Below, piece by piece: positions 13,152 through 23,042 of a DNA stretch of 32,000 nt. Origin of the DNA: Candidatus Saccharimonadota bacterium (lineage in GTDB: Bacteria; Pseudomonadota; Gammaproteobacteria; Burkholderiales; Burkholderiaceae); assembly GCA_000147015.1 (NCBI GenBank), contig CP002161.1, forward strand, positions 90,001 through 122,000. The letters run 5' to 3'. The number at the start of each line of letters is the position of its first letter. Within the stretch, counting starts at the first letter, position 1. The notes under the pieces are model-generated. The model was not told the DNA's origin. It saw only the letters and a program-made list of their open reading frames with translations, and did not search any database. Position numbers and translations under genes: made by a program.

Positions 13152-13601
13152 TTATTTTAAATTTATTTTTTTTTTTAATTGAATAATACTATATAATAAT
13201 GTTTCAGGAGTAGGAGGACAACCCGGTACATATATATCAACAGGTATTATATTATTACAACCTCTTACTACAGAATAAGAATAATGATAATAACCACCTC
13301 CATTAGCACAAGATCCCATAGAAATAACTCATTTAGGAATAGGCATTTGGTCATAAATTCTTCTTAATACAGGAGCCATTTTATTACATAATGTTCCTGC
13401 AATTATTATTAAATCTGATTGTCTAGGAGATGCTCTAAAAAATAAACCAAATTGATCTAAATCAAATCTTGATGAACCTGCATGCATCATTTCTATAGCA
13501 CAACATGCCAAACCAAATGTAACAGGTCACAATGATTTACTATAAGATCATTTTTTTAACTTTTTAATAGAAAAAGTAGCAAAACTTGTATTTGATATCA
13601 T
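13152..13601 (-). CDS. nuoB: NADH-quinone oxidoreductase subunit B
   Basis: Extends track ORF 13329..13511 in frame to ATG 13601 and TAA 13152-13154 (149 aa). Motifs: [18 protein letters not shown] (W is TGA at 13527-13529) and [12 protein letters not shown]. Confidence 0.92.
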
Positions 13602-13603
13602 TT

Positions 13604-13954
13604 TTATAAATTAAATATTTTTTTGTTTAAAATATAAAATATTATTATTAAAATTTCCAATAAAAAAAATATTATTGAAAAATATTTATAAATATTTAAA
13701 AAATTTCTTATATTTCCTCAAGTAAAAAAAAATAAATTTTCTATATCAAATATTATAAATAAAATTGCTATAATATAATAATTTATTTTAAATTTTGTAT
13801 TTATTTTACTAAATATATCACATCCACATTCATATGAATTTTTTTTTTGTTTATTATCTTCATTATTAGATAATAAATATCCAAATATTTGAGGTAAAAT
13901 AGAAAATATTAAACTTATAATTATAAATAAAAAAATATAAATATAATTATTCAT
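13604..13954 (-). CDS. nuoA: NADH-quinone oxidoreductase subunit A
   Basis: Track ORF 13718..13954 ends at a TGA. Reading through reaches TAA at 13604-13606 (116 aa). Contains YECGCD and FIIFDIENLFFFTW, as in NuoA (yECGf...FdvE..flfPW). Confidence 0.88.
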
Positions 13955-13969
13955 AATAAAATAAAATTG

Positions 13970-14182
13970 TTATTTATAAAAAAAAAATATAAAATATAAA
14001 TAAAAAAAATAAATTATAAAAAAATATAAATTTAATTTTAAAAATAAATTTTTAAAATTAAATTTATCATAATTATAAATTTCTATATTATTTAATTTAT
14101 AATAATATAATTTTATATTTTTTTTTTGTATAACAATTATTACAAATATATAAAAAAAAAAAAATAAATTTATAAATAACAT
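13970..14182 (-). CDS. Small two-helix membrane ORF; possible degenerate SecG
   Basis: 70-aa ORF directly upstream of nuoA, which is the secG position in many Betaproteobacteria (recalled synteny). Its layout is hydrophobic helix + Q-KKN (compare LQ-GKG) + loop + second hydrophobic helix. The Gly-rich loop is not conserved, and it could be a spurious ORF in the nuo leader. Confidence 0.3.
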   Translation of the reverse strand: MLFINLFFFFYIFVIIVIQKKNIKLYYYKLNNIEIYNYDKFNFKNLFLKLNLYFFIIYFFYLYFIFFFYK

Positions 14183-14297
14183 TTTATATTTAATAATTAA
14201 TATAAATATATATATTTTATTAATATTTTATTAAATTATAATTTTAAAATTTTTTATAAAAATTTTATATAAATAATAATTAATATATTTTTATATT

Positions 14298-14771
14298 TTA
14301 ATCATATTTTATTTTTATAATTTTATATTTTATTATTTTATTATTTTTATTTTTAAAATAAATTTTATCATTAATTTTTTTTTTAATTAATACTTTTGAA
14401 AGTTTTGATAATATAGATATTTTATTTTTTTTAAAATTACTTTCACAATCACCAACTATTTGTAATTTAATTTTTTTTTTATTTAAATAACAAAATAATT
14501 TTAATTTACAAGAAAAAAATATTTTATCTTTATTTTTTATATATAAAGGATCTATAATTTTAAAATTATTTATTTTTTTTTCTAAAATTAAAATTTTTTT
14601 TTCTAATATATATTTTTTTTCTTTAGCAATTTTAAAATCAGAATTTTCTGATAAATCTCCATTTGATCTTGCTATTTCTATTTCTTTTATTAAATTTTTT
14701 TTTTTATTTTTAAAATTATTTATTTTTTCAATAAATAATTTATATCCATTTTTTGTAATAAGATTTTTCAT
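14298..14771 (-). CDS. greA: Transcription elongation factor GreA
   Basis: 157-aa ORF containing ARSNGDLSENSDFKIAKEKK (GreA signature GDLSENAEY.AAKE). Length is typical for GreA. Confidence 0.88.
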   Translation of the reverse strand: MKNLITKNGYKLFIEKINNFKNKKKNLIKEIEIARSNGDLSENSDFKIAKEKKYILEKKILILEKKINNFKIIDPLYIKNKDKIFFSCKLKLFCYLNKKKIKLQIVGDCESNFKKNKISILSKLSKVLIKKKINDKIYFKNKNNKIIKYKIIKIKYD

Positions 14772-14773
14772 TT

Positions 14774-14992
14774 TTATTTTCTTAAATTTAATTTTTTTAT
14801 TATTAATAAATATCTATTAATATTAATTTTTTTAAGATAAGATAATATTTTTTTTCTATTATTTATTATTTTTAATAAACCTATTTTAGAATGAATATCT
14901 TTTTTATTTTTTTTAAAATGTAATTTCAAATTATTTATTTTTTGAGTAAAAAAAAATATTTGATTTTCACATAAACCAGAGTTTTTTTTCAT
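14774..14992 (-). CDS. rpsO: 30S ribosomal protein S15 (short, 72 aa)
   Basis: The C-terminal part, HSKIGLLKIINNRKKILSYLKKININRYLLIIKKLNLRK, matches the S15 pattern (H.SrrGLl..v..Rr.lL.YL......RY..li..LglR). Confidence 0.85.
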   Translation of the reverse strand: MKKNSGLCENQIFFFTQKINNLKLHFKKNKKDIHSKIGLLKIINNRKKILSYLKKININRYLLIIKKLNLRK

Positions 14993-15001
14993 ATATTTTA
15001 A

Positions 15002-15721
15002 ATGAAAAATAAATTTAAAATTATTTTTGGTAAAAATATCATTTCTCTTATTTTAAAATATTATTTAAAAAACATCAAAATAATATTTTACGAAAAAAAA
15101 AAAAAGTATTTTATAAAAAAAATTAAAAATAAAAATTTAATATTTAAAAAAAAAAATAAAATATTTTTAAATAAAATTTGTGGTAATAATTATCATCAAG
15201 GTATAGTTTCTATTATAAAAAAAATAAAAATAAATAAAAATATAAAAAAAATTATTAAAAATAAAAAAAAAAAAAAAATATTTTTAATATTAAATAAAAT
15301 AAATAATATTAATAATTTAGGAAGTTGTATAAGAACAAGTAATGCATTAAATATAGATTTAATAATATTATCTAAAAAATGTATAAATAAAAATAATAAA
15401 ATAATATTAAAAACATCTTTAGGTGCTAATTTAATTACACCTTATATTAAAGTTAAAAGTATAAAAAAAATTATAAAATATTTAAAAAAAAAAAATTTTA
15501 AAATAATAGGCACTTGAGAAAAATCTAAATTAAATTTATTTAATTTTAAATTTCCAAAATTAATTGTATTAATAATGGGTTCGGAAAAAAATGGTATAAG
15601 TAAAACTATTAAAAAAATGTGTGATTTTATTATAAGTATACCTATGTTAGGTAAAATAAATAATTTAAATGTTTCTGTAGCTACAGGAATATTTTTATAT
15701 GAAATTATTAAAAATAATTAA
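15002..15721 (+). CDS. rlmB: SpoU/TrmH-family RNA 2'-O-methyltransferase, RlmB-like
   Basis: Track ORF 15002..15517 ends at a TGA and continues in frame to TAA 15719-15721 (239 aa). Motifs: HQGIVSII, NNLGSCIRTSNALNID, LIMGSEKNGISK and SIPMLGKINNLNVSVATGIFLYE. Confidence 0.8.
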
Positions 15722-15724
15722 ATT

Positions 15725-16049
15725 ATGACACATATAGTAACAGAATCATGTATAGAATGTAAATATACAGATTGTGTAGAAGTTTGTCCCGTTAATTGTT
15801 TTCATGAAGGACCTAATTTTTTAGTAATAAATCCTGAAGAATGTATAGATTGTGGAGTTTGTGTTTCAGAATGTCCTGCAAAAGCTATTTATTTAGAAGA
15901 AGATTTACCAAAAAATCAAAAACAATTTTCTAAAATAAACCTAGAATTATCAAAAAAATGACCTATTATTAATAATTCAAAACCACATAAAAAAGATGCA
16001 AATAAATGAAAAAAAATAAAAAAAAAATTACATTTATTAAAATATAAAA

Positions 16050-16057
<8 letters not shown>
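15725..16057 (+). CDS. fdxA: 7Fe (Azotobacter-type) ferredoxin
   Basis: [55 protein letters not shown] is near-identical in pattern to FdxA. The track stop at 15959-15961 is TGA and aligns with the conserved W of the ..WP motif. The true TAA is at 16055-16057 (110 aa). Overlaps the next gene by 8 nt. Confidence 0.93.
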
Positions 16058-17780
<1,723 letters not shown>

Positions 17781-17790
<10 letters not shown>

Positions 17791-17853
17791 CGTAGTGGTT
17801 AGCGTTCCTGGTTTGGGACCAGGGGGTCCAAGGTTCAAATCCTTGTACTCCGA
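17781..17853 (+). tRNA. tRNA-Pro (anticodon UGG)
   Basis: Cloverleaf folded by hand: acceptor cggagta/tactccg, anticodon stem cctgg/ccagg with loop tttggga, T-arm ccaag? gttcaaatc region (aaggttcaaatcctt). No encoded CCA. Confidence 0.85.
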
Positions 17854-17862
17854 AAATATTTA

Positions 17863-17936
17863 CTGTTCTTAGCTTAATTGGATAGAGCAATGGCCTTCTA
17901 AGCCATAGGTTAAGGGTTCAATTCCCTTAGAGCAGA
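17863..17936 (+). tRNA. tRNA-Arg (anticodon UCU)
   Basis: Acceptor ctgttct/agagcag (one G-U pair, C1-G72), D-arm gctt..gagc, anticodon stem atggc/gccat with loop cttctaa, T-arm aaggg/ttcaatt/ccctt. Confidence 0.8.
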
Positions 17937-17937
17937 A

Positions 17938-18813
17938 TTAATATTTTTTAAAATTAAAATTAATTTTTAATTTTTTTAAAAAAAATAAAAATTTTTTGTT
18001 TAAATTAATTTTTATTTTATATAATTTTTTATTTTCATTATTAATAAATATTATTTTATAAAATTGTAAAAATTGAAAAAAAAATTTTTTATTTTTATTT
18101 TTTTCATATAAAATATCTCCTAAAATCGAATGTTTTATATTTTTCATATGTATTCTAATTTGATGCATTTTACCTGTTATTAATTTAATATTTAATAAAC
18201 TAATATATAAATTATTAAATTTATTATAATTTATTATCTTATATTTAGTTATAATATTACTTTTTTTATTTTTATTTACAATCATTTTATTATATTTTTT
18301 TTTATTTTTAATAATTGAAAAATTAATAAAATTATTATTTTTTACTTTTCCTCATACTAAACATATATATTTTTTTTTTATTGTATTAAATTTAAATTGA
18401 TATATAAAATAAAAATAAGAATATATATTTTTTATAATTATTATTAAACCAAATGTATTTTTATCAATACGATTAATAATACCTAATCTAGGTATTTTAT
18501 TATTATTTTTTTTATATAAAAAAAAATTAAATATAGTACCATTATGTGTATTATTATTAGGATGTATTAAAAAATTATCATTTTTATTAATAATTAATAA
18601 ATTTTTATTTTTAAAAATAATATTAATTTTTATATTTTCTTTAATTTTTTTATTTTTTTTTTTTTTTATATATAAAAATATATATTTATTTTTTTTAAAG
18701 AAATAATAAATTAATTTTATTATTTTAAAAGAATTATAAGGAATTAATTTTTTAAATAAATATTTTTTTTTTTTTTTAATATATTTATAATAAATAAAAA
18801 AAGTAATTTTCAT
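17938..18813 (-). CDS. rluD: RluA-family pseudouridine synthase, RluD-like
   Basis: Track ORFs 17938..18285 and 18352..18867 are in the same frame and joined by TGA at 18352-18354. Motifs: NRIDKNTFGLIIIIK, YICLVWG and TGKMHQIRIHMKNIKHSILGD (compare RluD HMAHITHPLVGD). The first 18 codons of the track ORF are the reverse complement of tRNA-Ala, so the start is set at ATG 18813 (291 aa). Confidence 0.72.
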
Positions 18814-18826
18814 TATATAATTAAAA

Positions 18827-18899
18827 TGGAGATTATGAGTTTCGAACTCATGACCTTTTGTTTGCAAAACAAATACTCTACCAACTGAGCTAAATCCCC
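18827..18899 (-). tRNA. tRNA-Ala (anticodon UGC)
   Basis: Reverse complement: ggggatt ta gctc agttggt agag... with anticodon stem tttgt/acaaa and loop tttgcaa. A G3:U70 pair is present in the acceptor stem (ggggatt/aatctcc), the Ala identity element. Confidence 0.88.
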
Positions 18900-18912
18900 A
18901 ATGTTAAAATTT

Positions 18913-18985
18913 TAGGTCTGGTTGGTTTTGAACCAACTGCCACCGCGTTATCAACACGATGCTCTACCAATTGAGCTACAGACCT
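18913..18985 (-). tRNA. tRNA-Ile (anticodon GAU)
   Basis: Reverse complement: acceptor aggtctg/cagacct, D-arm gctc..gagc, anticodon stem tcgtg/cgcgg with loop ttgataa, T-arm gttgg/ttcaaaa/ccaac. Confidence 0.85.
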
Positions 18986-18996
18986 TTTATATTTAT

Positions 18997-19254
18997 TTAA
19001 GATTTTAAATTTATCTTAATTTTTATAATATTTTTATTTATTTTTTTTTTTATATAAAATATAAAATTTTTAATTTTTATATAATTATTATTTTTTATAT
19101 TTCCTAATAAAAAATAATTTATATAACCTTGTAAAGTTTTAAATTTTATTTTTTTATTTTTAATTTTTATTTTAAAAATTTTTTTTATTTTTTTTAATTT
19201 TATATTTTTTCCTATAATTATAAAATTATTTTCATTTTTTTTTATAATTTTCAT
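18997..19254 (-). CDS. Hypothetical small basic protein (85 aa), function unknown
   Basis: Open frame between tRNA-Val and tRNA-Ile. The first 13 codons of the track ORF overlap tRNA-Val, so the start is moved to ATG 19254 (MKIIKKNENNFIIIGKN...). TAA at 18997-18999. No motif recognised, and the sequence is very low complexity. Confidence 0.35.
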   Translation of the reverse strand: MKIIKKNENNFIIIGKNIKLKKIKKIFKIKIKNKKIKFKTLQGYINYFLLGNIKNNNYIKIKNFIFYIKKKINKNIIKIKINLKS

Positions 19255-19262
19255 TATTAAAA

Positions 19263-19334
19263 TAGACGCTGAGAGATTTGAACTCACGACCAATGCCTTG
19301 TAAAAGCACTACTCTACCACTGAGCTAAGCGTCT
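19263..19334 (-). tRNA. tRNA-Val (anticodon UAC)
   Basis: Reverse complement: acceptor agacgct/agcgtct, anticodon stem gtgct/ggcat (two G-U pairs) with loop tttacaa, T-arm gtgag/ttcaaat/ctctc (one mismatch). Confidence 0.8.
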
Positions 19335-19357
19335 TAATATTTTATAAAATTATTTAA

Positions 19358-19765
19358 ATGAAAAAAGAAAGAACTTTATCAATAATAAAACCAGATTCTA
19401 TAAAAAAAAATATAATAGGAAAAATATATAAAATTATAAAAAAAAATGGATTAAAAATAATAAAATCAAAAATAATAAAATTAAAAAAATTTGAAGCAAA
19501 AATATTTTATAATGTACATAAAAAAAAATTTTTTTATAATAAATTAATTAAATTTATATCCTCATCTAAAATAATAGTACAAATATTAGAAGGTAAAAAC
19601 GCAATAAAAAAATATAGAGAAATAATGGGTAATACTAATCCTAAAAAAGCTATAAAAAATACAATTAGAAATAAATATGGAAAATCAATATTATTTAATT
19701 GTGTTCATGGTTCAGATAATATAATAAATTCTATAATAGAAATAATATTTTTTTTTAATTTATAA
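19358..19765 (+). CDS. ndk: Nucleoside diphosphate kinase
   Basis: 135-aa ORF with ERTLSIIKPD, YREIMGNTNPKKA and NCVHGSDN (catalytic His region). Confidence 0.92.
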   Translation: MKKERTLSIIKPDSIKKNIIGKIYKIIKKNGLKIIKSKIIKLKKFEAKIFYNVHKKKFFYNKLIKFISSSKIIVQILEGKNAIKKYREIMGNTNPKKAIKNTIRNKYGKSILFNCVHGSDNIINSIIEIIFFFNL

Positions 19766-19807
19766 ATTTATTATTTTAAAGTAATAAAATAATAAATTTA
19801 TTAAAAA

Positions 19808-21103
19808 ATGAAAATAAATAAATTATATATTAAGAAAATAAAAGGAACTTATGATATATTACCAAATAATTTTAAAATAATAAATTTAATAATTAAAAAA
19901 ATAAAATTTATTATAAATAAATATAGATTAAAACAAGTAGATACTCCTATATTAGAATATACAAAATTATATAAAATTATTTTAAAAAAAGATAAAGAAA
20001 TTACAAATAATCAAATTTTTTCTTTTAAAGATAAATTAAACAATAATAAATTATCTTTAAAACCAGAAAATACTTCAGGTATAATAAGATTAATATTAGA
20101 AAATAAATTATTAATAAAAAATAATTATCAAAAATTATGATATTTTAGTAATATTTTTAGACATGAAAAACCGCAAAAATGAAGATATAGACAATTTTTT
20201 CAATTAGGTATAGAAATATTTAAATTTAATAAATTTAAATCAGATATAGAATTATTAAAAATATCTTATGATATATTTAAAAAACTAAAATTAATTTCTA
20301 AAATTTTTTTAGAAATTAATTTTATAGGTAATTTAAAAGAAAGATATAAATATACAAAAAAATTAAGATATTTTTTTTCAAAATTTATTTTAAAATTCAA
20401 TAAAATTGAATTAAATAAATTTTATTATAATCCTTTAAAAATTTTAGATAATAATTTTTATACAAATAAAATATTAAAAAAAATACCTAAAATTTTTAAA
20501 TATTTAAAAAAAAAATCTTTAAATAAATTTAAAAATATAATAAGAGATTTAAAAATATATCAAATACCTTATAAAATAAATCCTTATTTAATAAGAGGTT
20601 TAAGTTATTATAATAATTTAATTTTTGAATGAAAAATAAAAAAAAAATCATTTATTTCAATATGTGGAGGTGGAAGATATGATTATTTATTTAAAAATAT
20701 TAATAAAAAAATTAAAGCTGGAGGTTTAAGTATAGGAATAGAAAGATTAATATTATTATTTAAAAAATATAATAAGAATATATTTAAATTTAAATTAAAT
20801 ATATATATTATATGTATTAATAATAAATTTAAATTTTATTGTTATATATTATCAGAAATATTAAGAAATTTAAATTTTAAGATAATTTTAAATTTTGTTA
20901 ATAAAAAAAATATTAATAATTTAATTAAAAATTCAATTTTATTTAAATCTAATTTTATAATATTTATAGGAAAAAAAGAAATTTATAATTCATTTATTAC
21001 TATTAAAAAATTATATTATATTAAAAATAATAAAAAAATATATAAAATTAATTTTAATAAAATAAAATATTTTTTTATTAATAAAATATTAAATAAAAAA
21101 TAG
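19808..21103 (+). CDS. hisS: Histidyl-tRNA synthetase
   Basis: Track ORF 19808..20140 ends at a TGA. Reading on in frame gives FRHEKPQKWRYRQFFQLG, IRGLSYYNNLIFEW, CGGGRYD and GLSIGIERL up to TAG 21101-21103 (431 aa). The N-terminus has IKGTYDILP (class II HisRS motif). Confidence 0.88.
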
Positions 21104-21106
21104 AAA

Positions 21107-22372
21107 ATGTGCTTTATTATATGTTTAATAGGAAATCATAAAGTAGGTAAATCTACTATTTTTAATAAATTAACAAATACAAAAAATGCTATTATTTCAA
21201 ATAAAAAATATTTTACCACAGATAGAAAATATGGAATTTGTAATTTTAAAAAATTTAAATTTAAAATTATAGATACACCGCCATTTAATTTTTTTTATAA
21301 TAATAGTATTTTAAGTAAAAAATTAAAATTTCAAATTAAAATTGCAATTTCTGAATCTAATATAATATTATTTATAGTAGATAATAAAAAAGGATTAACT
21401 TATAATGATATATTTCTCTCTGATTATTTGAAAAAAAAAAATAAAAAAATTATTTTAATAATAAATAAATTTGAAAATAATTTAATTAATAATTTAAAAT
21501 TAATAGATTTTTATAATTTAAATTATAAAAATATTATAAAATTTTCAAATAATATTAGTATAAATAATTTAATAAATAAAATAATTAAAAATAAAAATAA
21601 AAATAAAATTAAAAATAAAAAATTTATAAAAGTTATTATTTTAGGAAAAACAAATGTTGGAAAATCTACTTTATTAAATAAAATTATTAATAAAAATAGA
21701 TTATTAATATATGATTTAAATAATACAACAAAAAATTACATAGAAATTGAATATATTTATAATAAAAATAATTATTTATTTTTAGATACTATAGGTTTTA
21801 ATAAAAAAATAAATAATATATATTTTAAAAAAAATATAAAAATTATTAAAAAATCAAATTTAATTTTATTTTTAATAGATAGTAAAAATAAAATTACAAA
21901 TTTTGAATTTAAAATATTAAAATATATATATAAATTAAGAAAATCATTATTAATTTTAATAAATAAATGTGATTTAATAAATAAAAATGAAAAAAAAAAT
22001 TATAAAAGAAATATAAAAAAAAAATTAAAATTTTTATATTATACAAAATTTAAATTTATATCTGCTAAAAATAATTTAGGAATTAATAATATTATAAAAA
22101 AAATATATAATATATATATATCTTCAATATTTAAATTTAATACATATAATTTAAACAAAAATTTAATAAAATTAAATAAAATTTCTTTATTAAAAAAAAA
22201 TATAAAATTGAAATTTGCACATCAAGGAAGTATAAAACCTTTAAAAATTATTATACATTCAAAAATTTTAAACAAAAATAATAAAAAAAAATGCATTTTA
22301 TATATAGAAAAATATTTTTATAAAATTTATTCTTTATTTTGCACTCCAATAAATATAATAATAAATAATTAA
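21107..22372 (+). CDS. der: Ribosome-associated GTPase Der (EngA)
   Basis: 421-aa ORF with two tandem G domains: GNHKVGKSTIFNKL...DTPP...NKFE and GKTNVGKSTLLNKI...DTIG...NKCD. Confidence 0.9.
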   Translation: MCFIICLIGNHKVGKSTIFNKLTNTKNAIISNKKYFTTDRKYGICNFKKFKFKIIDTPPFNFFYNNSILSKKLKFQIKIAISESNIILFIVDNKKGLTYNDIFLSDYLKKKNKKIILIINKFENNLINNLKLIDFYNLNYKNIIKFSNNISINNLINKIIKNKNKNKIKNKKFIKVIILGKTNVGKSTLLNKIINKNRLLIYDLNNTTKNYIEIEYIYNKNNYLFLDTIGFNKKINNIYFKKNIKIIKKSNLILFLIDSKNKITNFEFKILKYIYKLRKSLLILINKCDLINKNEKKNYKRNIKKKLKFLYYTKFKFISAKNNLGINNIIKKIYNIYISSIFKFNTYNLNKNLIKLNKISLLKKNIKLKFAHQGSIKPLKIIIHSKILNKNNKKKCILYIEKYFYKIYSLFCTPINIIINN

Positions 22373-22938
22373 AAATTTTAAAATAATATAAATAATATTT
22401 TAAATTAAGAAGTATAAAATAATAAAAATTAAATATAAAATAATTAAATATTATTATTTTTTATATATTAAATTTATTAATATAAATAATATTAATAAAA
22501 AAATATAAAAAATTTTATAATAATAAGTGAAGATAAAGTGAAAATAATAGATTTAATAATAAAAAAATTAAAAACGTAGTGAGATTTCAAGGTAGTTATA
22601 ATGTTGGATATACAAAAAATAAAAAATTTCTTTATAAATAATAACTTTAAGAATATTATAAAAAAGTTATTTGTTATATAGATTTTAAATTATTTTTATA
22701 TATACATATTTTAAATAAAAAAATAAAAAATTAATAGATAATAATATTATTATAAATAATAAATTAAAAATTATATTTAGTTTAAATTAAAAAGTATAAA
22801 ATTAAATGGTATTAATAAAATAGATATTTAAAATAATTTACATTTTATTAAAATATGTATAAATTATAAATATAAAAATAAAATTAGTATTATTTCAAAT
22901 TACACAAATAGAAAAAATGAAATAATTATATAAAATTA

Positions 22939-23023
22939 AGAAGCGTGGCAGAGTGGTTTAATGCGTAGGTCTTGAAAACCTGTGTGAATTTATTCACCGT
23001 GAGTTCAAATCTCACCGCTTCTA
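22939..23023 (+). tRNA. tRNA-Ser (anticodon UGA)
   Basis: Class II tRNA: acceptor agaagcg/cgcttct, D-region tggcagagtggtttaatgc, anticodon stem taggt/acctg with loop cttgaaa, long variable arm (tgtgaatttattcac), T-arm gtgag/ttcaaat/ctcac. Confidence 0.85.
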
Positions 23024-23042
23024 ATATTATTTAAAATTTTTT

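Noticed and set aside
18814-18867. N-terminal 18 codons of track ORF 18352..18867 (and likewise 19255..19293 of ORF 18997..19293)
   Set aside because: These codons are the reverse complements of tRNA-Ala and tRNA-Val respectively. Starts were moved to the first ATG downstream of each tRNA.
22373-22938. RNase P RNA, SRP RNA or a DnaA-box origin in the large gap
   Set aside because: I could not find the conserved P4 strand (GAGGAAAGUCC-like), the SRP GGAA/AGCA domain-IV motif, or a TTATCCACA-type box by eye. It is kept only as an open question in the findings, not as a feature call.
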